A stretch of 64,000 bases of DNA, taken from assembly GCF_009914755.1 (NCBI RefSeq), contig NC_060935.1; one strand, 5' to 3'. A program made the translations under genes and the position numbers. The notes beneath the pieces were generated by a model. It ran no database searches. It saw only the letters and a program-made list of their open reading frames with translations, and had not been told where the DNA came from. This document shows, one piece after another, positions 50,514 through 64,000 of this stretch. The stretch is from the human T2T-CHM13v2.0 reference genome, Homo sapiens. Positions within the stretch are counted from its first letter, which is position 1; each line of letters opens with the position of its first letter.

Positions 50514-50905
50514 TTAAGCCCAGCTAGCTCTTCTGCTTGCTCTGACCAAAAGTTTCCTGAAATCTAGAATAATCACTAAACTTACCCAATGAAAGAGCAT
50601 AAAAAACAAATAATCAATAAGATAAAGTAAAATAATTTCTGCTCTCAATATTAGCATTTTGGTAAGTTTTAACCATTTAAGAAGCCACAAAGACACACAT
50701 ATAGTAGTGTCTATTTTCAAAGCTGCTACTGTTAACAGTTACAAAAACGCACACAAAAAATCCCAAATGGGATGAAAAACTACTTAACAAATCAAGTCAC
50801 CTTTAGACTTGTTCAGTTACTAAGGAAAACTACTTAAAATGGTTTAAAGTGATATGGGGCACTGTTCAAATATAAGATTATCTCTTTTGTGAATTAACAT
50901 CATTC

Positions 50906-51208
50906 TTTTTTGTTGTTGTTTTTTAAGAGACAAGGTCTTGCTCTGTCACATGGGCTGTAATGGAGTGGTGCCATCATAGCTCACTGCAGCCTCAGACTCC
51001 TGGGCTCAAGTGATCCTCCTGCCTCAACCTCCAGAGCAGCTATGATTACAGGAGCCTGCCACCATGCCTGGCTAATTTTTAGATTTGTTGTAGAGATCAG
51101 GTCTTGGTTTGTTGACCTAACTTGTCTTGAATACCTGGCCTCAAGTGATCCTCCTATCTTGGCCTCCTAAAGTGCCGGGATTACAGGTGTGAGCCACCGT
51201 GCCCAGCC
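50906..51208 (-). mobile_element. AluJ-like
   Basis: Antisense Alu body. Confidence 0.82.
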
Positions 51209-51809
51209 AACATCATTCTTAACTGCCAGTGTGGTGTATGAATGACTAACCACGTTTAACAGCGTGGTAAATTCTGAAACTCTGAAAATTGAACCCTCAA
51301 AGCCACACACAGGAAGAAACAATCACTTTTCTTAATGAGCAAATCTGAAAAAGCAAGGAGAAATAGAATAACTAAAATATTTTAAAACAAAAACTGGTTA
51401 TTCCAAAGAACTAAATAAAAACTAACAAAGGGATGAGTGTTTTTGTTGAATGTTACTTATTTCCCCAACCCCATTTTCAAGGCTAATTATTTATGGTTTG
51501 TGTAAACACAGTGCTATCAGATTTTTCCTAGAAATCTGTCAATTCTAAGCAATAACTAAATTATTATTCTCCTCAACTATTAAGAGTCTATGACTCTGAT
51601 CACCTTCAGCAAAATTAGGGAAAGCTTTCCTGTCCTCCTGCCAGCTGTTGGACAATTTTCTTTCCTTTTGGCATCTCTTCGTTAGGCATTCCTGGCTGCC
51701 TCAAGCACTCTACTACACCATCCTATCTTATCTTACCCATTCTCTTGGGGACACCCAATACTCTATAGAGTGATTCCTTCTCTTTCCCCACCAAAATGTA
51801 CTTTTTGGA

Positions 51810-52060
51810 AACAAAGTTACAGCTTGGTGGGAGGAATAAGTTCTAGTGTTCTATATCCCTGTAGGATGACTATAGTCAACAATAATATATATTATAGTTT
51901 CAAATAGCTAGAAGGAGGATTTTGAATATTTTCAACACAAAGAAATGATAAATGTCTGAGATGCTAAATATTCTGATCAAATCACTATATCTTATATGAA
52001 TTGAAACATCACTATGTATCCCATAAATACGTACAGTTATTGTGTCAATTAAAAATTAAT
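51810..52060 (+). mobile_element. L1MA-type 3' end
   Basis: aggaataagttctagtgttcta...caacacaaagaaatgataaatg motifs. Confidence 0.75.
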
Positions 52061-52063
52061 TTC

Positions 52064-52682
<619 letters not shown>

Positions 52683-52760
52683 TCATGTTCTGTTCCCTCT
52701 AAACTGTGGCATTAGAAAAAATAACCAAAACGGTATATGATAGAAGTTGTTAGGTTATTC

Positions 52761-53056
52761 TTTTTTTTTTTTTTGAGACAGAGTTTCACTCTTGTTGCCC
52801 AGGCTGGAGTGCAATGGTGTGATCTTCCTCAACACAACCTCTTCCTCCAGGGTTCAAGTGATTCTCCTGCCTCAGCCTCCCTAGTAGCTGGGATTACAGG
52901 CATGCGCTACCATGCCCGACTAATTTTGTATTTTTAGTAGAGATGGGGTTTTTCCATGTTGGTCAGGCTGGTCTCAAACTCCCAACTTCAGGTGATGTGC
53001 CTGCCTCGGCCTCCCAAAGTGCTGGCATTACAGGCATGAGTCACCGCACCCGGCCC
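52761..53056 (-). mobile_element. AluSp/Sq-like
   Basis: Antisense Alu; TSD-like AGGTTATTCTT. Confidence 0.88.
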
Positions 53057-53347
53057 AGGTTATTCTTAACAGGTAATTTAATTTTAACAAAGGTAGTAAT
53101 GAAAAATTAAATTTCCACTGATGGTATTTCAAATACGGGTAAGGCCCCACAACTCTCACCATAAAAGTGTGTGATATCTGTTCCAAATATACAGAAGACC
53201 AGGCATGTACCCAACTGGATGCAGGCACAAAATGGGCAGAGGGAACTATATCCCATAACAGGTGTTATCTATCTGAGGATCAGAGAGCTCATCTAGCCTC
53301 AGGCTTAGAGAAGGTCACAGAGTAAAATCATATTTGAAAAAGGATCA

Positions 53348-53651
<304 letters not shown>

Positions 53652-54309
53652 TTACCTCTGAACCTCGGGAAAATGAAACTGATCTATTTAGTTTCCTACT
53701 TCAGCTTCAGAAGCTTTGGCAACAATACCTAAGAATGACTTGGGAATTTTAAGTGCTAAGTAAGTATTGAGTATTTCTTTTGAAGGATATATTTTAATAA
53801 CAAAAAGATACTTGAGTGCTGTGCAAAAGTTGTGCCCAGCTGGAGAGAAAGCAGGAAGGTTGATTTTGGCTGACCAGTCATTACAAACAGAGCTAGACCT
53901 AGTCAGAGGTTAACCACTTAAGGAACTAGGCAACACCTCCCCCTAGTGCCAAAAGTAACACATCATTAGCTTTAAATCACCCCAAACACAAACTAGAGCA
54001 CTCCAACTACTCTTAAGTTTTAAGTCAGCCAGCATAAGTCAATGAAGACTTAAAGATAAAAACTGGACAAAATGAAAGGCCCAGAAAACAAAAGGTAAAA
54101 CTATATCTAGGCCCTCACAGATACTGGAGGCCTCGTAAAGCCATAATTCTGGTGAATCATAACTTGCCTGCCCCATAAAGTCAGTTAAAATTTTTCAGTG
54201 CCAGCTGGGAACTTATCCCTAGAAAAATGCTAAGCTGCAGAAAAGAAACAAGGGAGAGTGGGAGAGAGGGAAGAAAAACCCCAAGCAAGCCTTATTCTCA
54301 ACTGTTTAT

Positions 54310-54626
54310 TTTCTTTGTTTCTGTTTTTTTTTTTTTTTTTTTTTGAGACAGAGTCATGCTCTGTCACCCAGGTTAGAGGGCAGTGGCACAATCTCAGCTC
54401 ACTGCAACCTCTACCTCTGCGGCTCAAGCGATTCTCTACCTTAGCCTTCCGAGTAGCTGGAATTACAGGCGTGTGCCACCATGCCCAGCTAATTTTTATA
54501 TTTTTAGTAGAGTCGGGGTTTCACCATGTTGGCCAGGCTGTTCTTGAACTCCTGGCCTCAAGTGATCCACCTGCCTTGGCCTCCCAAAGTGCTGGGATTA
54601 CAGGTGTGAGCCACCATGTCCTGCCT
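54310..54626 (-). mobile_element. AluS-like
   Basis: TSD-like CTCAACTGTTT. Confidence 0.87.
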
Positions 54627-54862
54627 CAACTGTTTTCAAAGCCAAAGCTATTTTTACTAATAACCAGGGGTTAATGACATATGGTCCTGTCTGAGTCTGA
54701 AATAACGAAAAGTTAGTGAAAAGATTAGTGCTAACCACTTGAATAGTGAGTTCATTTGCTACTCAAAAGACAGGCATTGCATTTCATTACTGATAACAGA
54801 ATAAACTGTAAGCACTGAATAAATTTGGAAAATTTATAGAAGTAACATAAAGATTTATTTGA

Positions 54863-55187
<325 letters not shown>

Positions 55188-56290
55188 TAAAGTAACTTCC
55201 TGATATAAAACCTTTAAGAATATGGCCAAATCGCTTGGTTAATATGACATATTACCATGTCATATTAATATGACATGGAACATAGAGGTTCACAAGAAGT
55301 TCTCAAGAACACACTTAACAAATATGAGACTGAACCTAAATGCGTATCAGGGAAGAACAGACAGTGGCATCAGAGAAACTAAACATACTCAAAGGCTGCC
55401 TTTTCTTTTTTAAAGTCAGGTTGGAATACTGTTAACTGAATGAATTTAATCTTGCTTTCTAACTCTTTGATGGCTATTTAGCTATGAAATCAGATACACG
55501 TAAAAGCTCCTACCATTTGGAACTATTTTTCCTAAATTCCTATCCCATCCATCTTCCACCGTGGTTACAAACCATAAAACATCACAATTCTATGGGAAGG
55601 AACACATTCATCCTGCTGTAATACAACTGCATCCCAACTGCTTCATGGCACACGTAGAAAAAGCTATTTGTCAGGTCTGCTGGGATAAGCAGAGAAGGCT
55701 GCTGGTGGCTAGTCAGTCAGGATCCCCCAGTCATCACAGGCCTGCCTGACTGCCCAAGGACTGAACAGGTCAATATCTTGGCACAACTGTAACTTCTTCA
55801 TTTACACCAAATGGGAAACTCTGACTACATAGCTCATTTCCACTTCTTCTTGAGCCTTCTGACACTTTTAAACATAGCTTCCCATACTTGGCAATACATC
55901 ATCAAAACCTACAAGTTGTAAAAATTATAACCCAGATAAACGAGGCTTGCTAACCTTCCACTGAAAAGCAAGAGGGAGAAAGGTCCCTCACCAAAACTTG
56001 AGGGAGTACAGGAAGATAGCTATGGGTAGTTTAGGTGCCACAAACCCAGTCATATGCTCCCATGAAACTCTGCCTACATGGGTCTTAGTGTTTTGGCTGT
56101 ATACCTTTAGGCCTGCAGGCATCATGCACGTAGGGCCTCACTCTCACTTTTTCAAATGGAAGTAGAATTTCACATTTTTGCTTCAAATGAAATACTTAAA
56201 AAGAAAACTATGCATTTGATGAACATTCTGGGATAACACTGACAACCACAGAAACAAATGTGACAGGTAATTCAGTAATCCAGATACTTA

Positions 56291-56506
<216 letters not shown>

Positions 56507-57179
56507 TTAAAACTTTAACAGACACAGTTTTTAAAAGCCACAGTCCTTTATGGTAATGCCAATGAATCATTATATATTACATGTAGTTATTTTGAAATAA
56601 TACCTAATACATGATCTAAGACTTATTAACCATATTTATGGGTCACATGACAATCAAATTATGTTAATGTTATTACCATCTATCTGCCACTAGAAAGACA
56701 CATAGTAAGCAGATAGTTGTGCCTGTAAATAAGAATATTCATTACTAAAGGATGGGAAAGAAACTAAAAATTATTCACAAAAAAGGTCACAATTCTACCT
56801 ATCATCCTTTCACCCTCTGGTAGAAGGCACTGACATTGATAAAACGGGTTGGGCCAGAGTCCCGTAGAAGGGATGAAATGTTAGAGGCACCCACCTACAA
56901 CTAGAAAGGAAGTACACACAGGAAGTAGCCTGACTCTGAGATCAGTTTAGTATACTCTTCCCAGGAAACTTTGCTTCTAATTCCTGGTTGACAGACAGAA
57001 CAACTACCAACAAAACAAGTTTCAAGAGGTAGAGGAACAGGTGACTAAGTATCTGGATAGAGAAAAGAAGAGATGCTTCCTCAGCAAAGGGGAATCTGTT
57101 TGAGAAGGAAGTGGCTTATCATTCCCCAGAGGACCTTGCCCACTCCTCCTATATACAGTGATATGTCTGGCAGAGCTAT

Positions 57180-57380
57180 TGACAATTCACAAACGTATTC
57201 AGCAACCACTTAGTGAGCATTTGCTCTGTGTTAGATCTTGTGCTCAATAAGGTGGATTCAGATAAGCATAAGACATGGTTTCTGCCCATAACCAGGACAC
57301 ACCCTAGTAAAGGAGACTGAAAAATAAATACATGATCACAATACATAAAGTTATGAGGCAAGATATGCAGAGGGTGCCAG
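57180..57380 (-). mobile_element. L2 fragment
   Basis: attcacaaacgtattcagcaaccacttagtgagcatttgctctgtg. Confidence 0.55.
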
Positions 57381-58384
57381 CAATGTTTTCAAAGTCAGGA
57401 GACGTGCTGCTGTCCCTGTTTCTGGTAGGAGGTAGAGATGGTTTCAAAAAGAATCTCTGAATCAAAAACATTTGCCTGCCTGTAACCTTTCCCCACTCCT
57501 ACATTTAAAGATATTATAAATTAAAGCTCTTATTTTTAAAAACGCAATGTCATTCTGTTTTCCCATCATACTAATGTGAATCCCTTCTGTTCTCCCCCAA
57601 TGATGAGCTAGCTCATCAAAGAGGAAGCACAGGTATGCATGGAGCTAGGGCAGGTCTGGAGAGCTGGGGCACCAGAGAACAGTATGAGGGAACTAGAAGG
57701 TCAAGAAATCGAACCAGGGAGGCCACAACCTCACCTCTCTTGCAGTTTGGTTCTTCCCTTACCCACTAAATTATCAGGAAGAGAGAAAGCAAGAAAGGCA
57801 CCAAGGGACTCGTGGAGGGAGTTAGGTGAGAATATGAAGCAGGTGAGAGATGCTCCGTAGGCCCTATTGGGAGGGAAGTAGGCCAGGAGGGGCAAGTTCC
57901 CACCACAGGAAGGGAAGTGTTCAGGGGTGAGCTGAGCTGAGTCGGCCCTTGACAGGGAAGGCTCTGTCAGATGGGGGCTTCCTATCATTCTGGCTTGGGG
58001 CATGCGGGGCCTGTGAGGCTGGCGGAGGGCGCAGGTGGGCTGTCAAGAGCTTAGGGTGGAAAGTTAAAGGCTCTCGGAGGTGAAAAGGTTGTCAAGTGTA
58101 AGATGCGTGCAGCCGGGGCTGGGAAGGGAAATGTTAAGGCGGTGGGGGGCTGCTGTCCGGACTGTGGGCACTGTCGGGGCTGGGGACGACCGTGGGGCGC
58201 TGCCTGCCAGGCTGTCGGGGCTGAGGGCGAGAGTGCCGCCGGGCAGTCGGGAGGGGCGGGGCTGGTGGCGGCGGGGGTCTGCCGGAGCTGTGAGGCCAGG
58301 CGTATGGCTGTCAGGAATGGGCCAAGGAGCAGGTTGGCAGACCCAGTTTCCGCAAGGCCGGTGGTAGGGGAGGAGCTTCCGTCA

Positions 58385-58672
<288 letters not shown>

Positions 58673-58849
58673 TCAGATGCAAAAAGCATCCGCCCCGGAA
58701 CCGGTTACCAGTGCGAAGGGCCGGGAGGCTGGGCAGTCCTGGTGCCCGCCTTGGCCTAGCCCCGGCCCCGGGACGGAAGGGGGCCTCTGGGGTGGCAGCC
58801 TGGGCCCAGTAGAGCTTTGCATCTCTTGGATATCTTTCCCGGGCGCAGA

Positions 58850-59348
58850 AGCTGCGGGGCTTAGGGAGTCGCCATTGCGCTGGAAAGTCCTCCCGCCCAC
58901 GGAGACCCCAGCAAACTCCGAGTGTCACACAGTCGCCTCTGGCGACCCGTGCGGGCCGGAGCCGTTCGCGCACAGGCAGGGCGGGTGCTGAGCGTGGAAA
59001 CGGGGCTGGAATTGGCCGAGCCATGCCTTTCCGGGATGCCCACCGCCAGTCAAAGGGTTGGGGGTGGTCTCTGCACCTTAAGTACTAACCTGCCGCCCAC
59101 GCGCCTCCTGACCACAGCACCCCGTCGGCTTTCTAATTCTGTGAGCTGCCCTCGTGGGCGTGGCCTCCCTGTGGAGCTCCCCATGTGCCTCCCCTTGGTC
59201 CAGCCTGCAGCTAGGAAGTGGGTCACAGCGACGGGGCTGGGCTGGGCCAGGCCAGGCTCCGGGAGATGTGGAATTGGCGAAACAACTGCCCCAGTAGTAT
59301 CCTCCGCCTAGGACTCCAAGAGGTGGCGAATTGGGGCACTACGCCCGG
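58850..59348 (+). ncRNA. TMEM9B-AS1: Probable first exon of divergent lncRNA TMEM9B-AS1 (start approximate)
   Basis: Donor CGG|gtaagg at 59348/59349 at the distal island edge; identity from recalled annotation. Confidence 0.45.
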
Positions 59349-59636
59349 GTAAGGCAGTGCCTGTTCAGGGCTGCCGACCTGTCTCCCCAGGGCTGTCATT
59401 CTCAGCAAGTACTTTAGGAGTGCCTTAGATCGGCACATTCTCCCATTGAAATATTTTTGTTAGTGGAGACAAGGGAGGTAATGGCAAGGACACAGGGATC
59501 ATCACAGCCCCTAGGGATTTGTTGAATGACCTTTGGCAAATCACTTCCCTTCTCTGGGCCTGTAGTTCTTGGCTGAATATGAGGGAATGGATTTCAAATT
59601 ATGCTCCATGTAATACCCGTGTTTTTACCTCTGTAA

Positions 59637-59971
<335 letters not shown>

Positions 59972-60496
59972 CCAACAGATTTTTAAAGATGGTCTTTTCC
60001 CAATTTGTGGAAATGTTTTAACAGAATGCTCTCAATATTTTTCGCCCATGTGATTCTTAGATTCATGTGAATCTAACACAACGTATCTGATACTGTTCCC
60101 AACAGGAACCAGGGTGGCAGGGCTAGATGTCCTCTCACCAGACTGCCCAGTGAAGGTGCTGTCACTTTGATGAATTATCAAGGCTTTGTAGTGGGTCTTC
60201 TACTGGACAAAGGACAAACTGGAGACTCCCTGGATCAAATGTGTTGGTGAGGCACTGAATCTGATTGCTGAAAGGTGATTCAGCTGCAAGTTAGGCATCA
60301 GTTTAGGGTTTTCTAGGCTTGGCATCTAAAGGGAGTGCCTGCTGTAGCTGAAACCTCATAGGCCTTCTCTTCCTTCCGAATTGTTTTCAAGGCCTTGGGG
60401 GTACAGAGACTTAGAGAAAATACATAGTTGTGCCTCAGACTGATGGGCCTCATCTGTTTAATGGAGAAACACCAAGCACACTCAGTCTGGGCGGAA

Positions 60497-60760
60497 TTTT
60501 AGAGCTCCATAGTATAACCACTATCTAGCTACATGTGGCAATTGAGCATTTGAAATGTGGCTAGACTGAATTGAAATGTGCTGTATAAAATATACACTTA
60601 ATTTCAAAGACAATATTTTTAAAATGTAAAATATTTCAATAATTTAAAAATATGGTTTAAATATTTTAGATATGTTGGGTTAAATAAAATATATTAGTAA
60701 AATATTTCACTTGTTTTTTGACCTCTTAAATGTGGCTGCTAGAAAATGTTATAGTGCTGT
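60497..60760. mobile_element. MER3/MER33-like hAT-Charlie
   Basis: ctagctacatgtggcaattgagcatttgaaatgtggctag. Confidence 0.7.
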
Positions 60761-62337
60761 CAGGAAGTGCTGTTCTGGAATACAGAATGTGGCTGCCGTG
60801 AGTGGAGTGTGACTATGAGATAGTCGCCTGACTGGAGACAATGAAGCCTCAGGCCAAGGTAAGAGGGCTGACAAGGAAGAACTGGCACAACTAGAGCCGA
60901 ATGTTTGGGGGAGGTATATGTCTGCCAAAAAATGAATATAATTTCAGGTGACTCAATAGAAGTGGAGGGATCAGTTTCTCTTGTTCTGCCCTGCTCTTAT
61001 CTAGGTAACTCTTACTTTTCCTTTAGGTCAGGGTTCTTCTAAGCCAGAAAACCTTCACTGACTTAAGTGCACTCCTTTCTATGTTTGCATAGATCTCTTT
61101 CTTAACTTTACCCCATTATAGTAAAATTATGTTTTCACATTTGCCTTTATACCCAAACCTCCACCAAAATATTGTGAGCTCTCTGAGGGTAAGGACTTTG
61201 TCTTATTATTGTTATACCTGGAGACAGATTAAAACAATATGATGTTTGTGGGGACCAGGGAAAAGGGGAATGGGAGAGGCTCCTCTGGTTAGTCTAAAAG
61301 AAAAGTATCAGGCACCTACTTGAATCCTCATTTGATTTCTTTCTGACCATGAGAGGGGATGCTGAGATGCCCAAAGATGTGCAAATGGCGGGATCCGGCG
61401 CACCATAGTAGGCAGGGGAGTGAAGATTTCTCACCTCGGGTCTTCCTAGACCTTCAGGTCACACGGGAATTGTTCTGTTTATAGACGGCGCTGGCCTTAG
61501 TACTCACTCTCCCTCTATTTTCCTTGCTTCCTTATAACTAGGTTTCCCTACTCACTTCCTCAAAAAGAGTGATGTAGGTCCACGTGTACCCTCCCAACTG
61601 GCCTGGGTCCTCTCCCTTCTTTGTAAGGCCTGAAAAATTCCCTGGTGGGGGATGGTTAGAAAAGGAAGAGGAACCTTCTTTGTAAGTGTGCAAGTCAGAA
61701 GGGGAGGGAGAAAAGTGACAATTTATATATCTGGGACAAATATATCTTGGACCCAGGTTTTGCCACCTGTCTGCATCCCCCCATGCCCTTTCCCCTCCAG
61801 TGATCAAATAGCTCTCTGGATGCCCCTTAATTCTTCCACCCCATCCATTCTGATCTACCCAGCACTTGCCTAGGCAACACCAGTCCAGGAGAACAAATGG
61901 AGTTATGCACAACATTGGTGATTTCCTTGTATTGTGGCTCCAGTGGTTATGGCTGGGGACACACACATCCTTCCAGTTATTTCTGAGCATACTCTGGAAA
62001 CGTCTTATGAGCCCTCTTCTTTATTGTGTGCACCCACTAGGATGCTCCCTCCTACTCAGCCCTGTTTAGTGGGATTTTTCAGCCCACTGTAAAGCCTACT
62101 GCTGCCTGTAAAGCCACCTAAGTGCATCACTTGCTGGTGTTCACCATGATAACAACAATTTATGGGGACAGAATATGTTTCTAGAGCTGCTGGTGCCACT
62201 GCTGATGTTACTGGGTTCCCTGAAATAAAACACCACAGTGCAGGTGAGTACCAAAGTGGGGAGAATTTTTAGTTCCTTTTAGAGGTGCTAAATCAATATT
62301 GTTGATTTCCCAGTACCTTAGAATATTTAATGAAAAC

Positions 62338-62906
<569 letters not shown>

Positions 62907-63744
62907 TTAATGAATACAGTCCCTCCTAAGATTTTCAAATAAATGAAATACCACATTAATCATATTGTTTTATTTTTATCATTACATTAAAAATCAAATA
63001 GTATCACTAGGTTTATAATGAAAAACAGCAGACCCTGTCCCAGCCCTCCACACTCTCAGTTTCTACTCCCTAGATATAATCTCTATTCACCCAGCTACCT
63101 CTTCTGGTATTTATCTCCGTATTTCTAAATAGCATGCTTATACTACTAATTCTTAATTTTTCAGTTTGGGCCATTATTTTACTTTTTCTATAGGAAATAA
63201 GATATGTGTTTATACTCTGAAGACTGGTAATACACACATGTATTTCTCCATCTTCCATCCTTCAGTTTATCTATATCACCCTATATAGGTAGAGTACTAT
63301 TCATTATACTATTATAAAGGTATGTAATTGATCCAGTTAGCATAATATGATTATATTTCCTTTATTTTGATTGAAGTTAACTATTGCCTCTTTCTCCATG
63401 CAACTTTCTTAAGTACCTAGCATTCAAGTGTCTATAATCAATTTATTCCAAACTGTCCTTTCAAAACATTGAAACACATCAAGTAGTCTATCAATCAGTT
63501 TATTTTTTAAATTGGAGACAACTCTCTAGGAGCCCATCATCCTCCTTCACTGTGGACTAGTTTTTCTCTAAGCCTACTGCACAGCTTTTGTCCTGAAATA
63601 ATTTTATCCTTTCTACCCTGTTTTCCACTTCTTTTTGTTTTTCTGAAAGATTTCCACCTTCCAGCTTTTCTTTTGAATTTTAAAATTTCTGTTATGTTTT
63701 AAATTTGCCAGAATACTTTCTTGTCAACCTCTCTTTTAATTAAA

Positions 63745-64000
63745 AATATTTTTTATTTTTGTAATTTAAAGGTTTATTGTAAATTGACAAGTACAAATTG
63801 GATATATTTATGGGGTACAAAGTGATGTTATATGTATACAATGTGGAAAGATTAAATCAAGCTAATTAACATATCCATCACTACAAATACTTCTTTGTGG
63901 TGAGAATACTTGACATTTACCTTCAGCAATTTTGAAATATACAGTACATTATTATTAACCATGCTATACTCTTTATCTCAAAAAATGTATTCCCTTTATC
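63745..64000 (-). mobile_element. L1MA-type 3' end (antisense)
   Basis: atatatttatggggtacaaagtgatgt...attaaatcaagctaattaacatatccatcac. Confidence 0.8.

Overview
Primate genomic DNA (human, or a very close great ape) that I recognise as the gene-dense, Alu-rich 11p15 locus. From left to right it holds: the presumed 5' end and first intron of DENND2B/ST5 (-), which shares a bidirectional CpG-island promoter with AKIP1 (+; 5 coding exons, 210 aa); C11orf16 (-; 5 coding exons, 467 aa, one GC-AG intron), tail-to-tail with AKIP1; ASCL3 (-; single coding exon, bHLH, 181 aa); TMEM9B (-; 5 coding exons, 198 aa); and a second CpG island that probably also drives the divergent lncRNA TMEM9B-AS1 (+). All four CDSs were rebuilt exon by exon from splice signals and join into intact frames. 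The rest is about 45 Alus plus L1M, L2, MIR, MaLR LTR and DNA-transposon relics, and a Y4 RNA retropseudogene. I see no wholly new multi-gene system. The best unexplained signals are: a 53-bp non-Alu inverted repeat (pre-miRNA-like hairpin) in C11orf16 intron 5; two direct-inverted-direct micro-rearrangements that look like template switches; an inverted Alu pair bracketing an in-frame AKIP1 cassette exon; interlocked convergent poly(A) signals; a microsatellite-in-minisatellite next to the DENND2B/AKIP1 promoter; and the tandem Tudor-like plus Cys/His-rich architecture of C11orf16. Repeat boundaries and subfamily calls are by eye and approximate.
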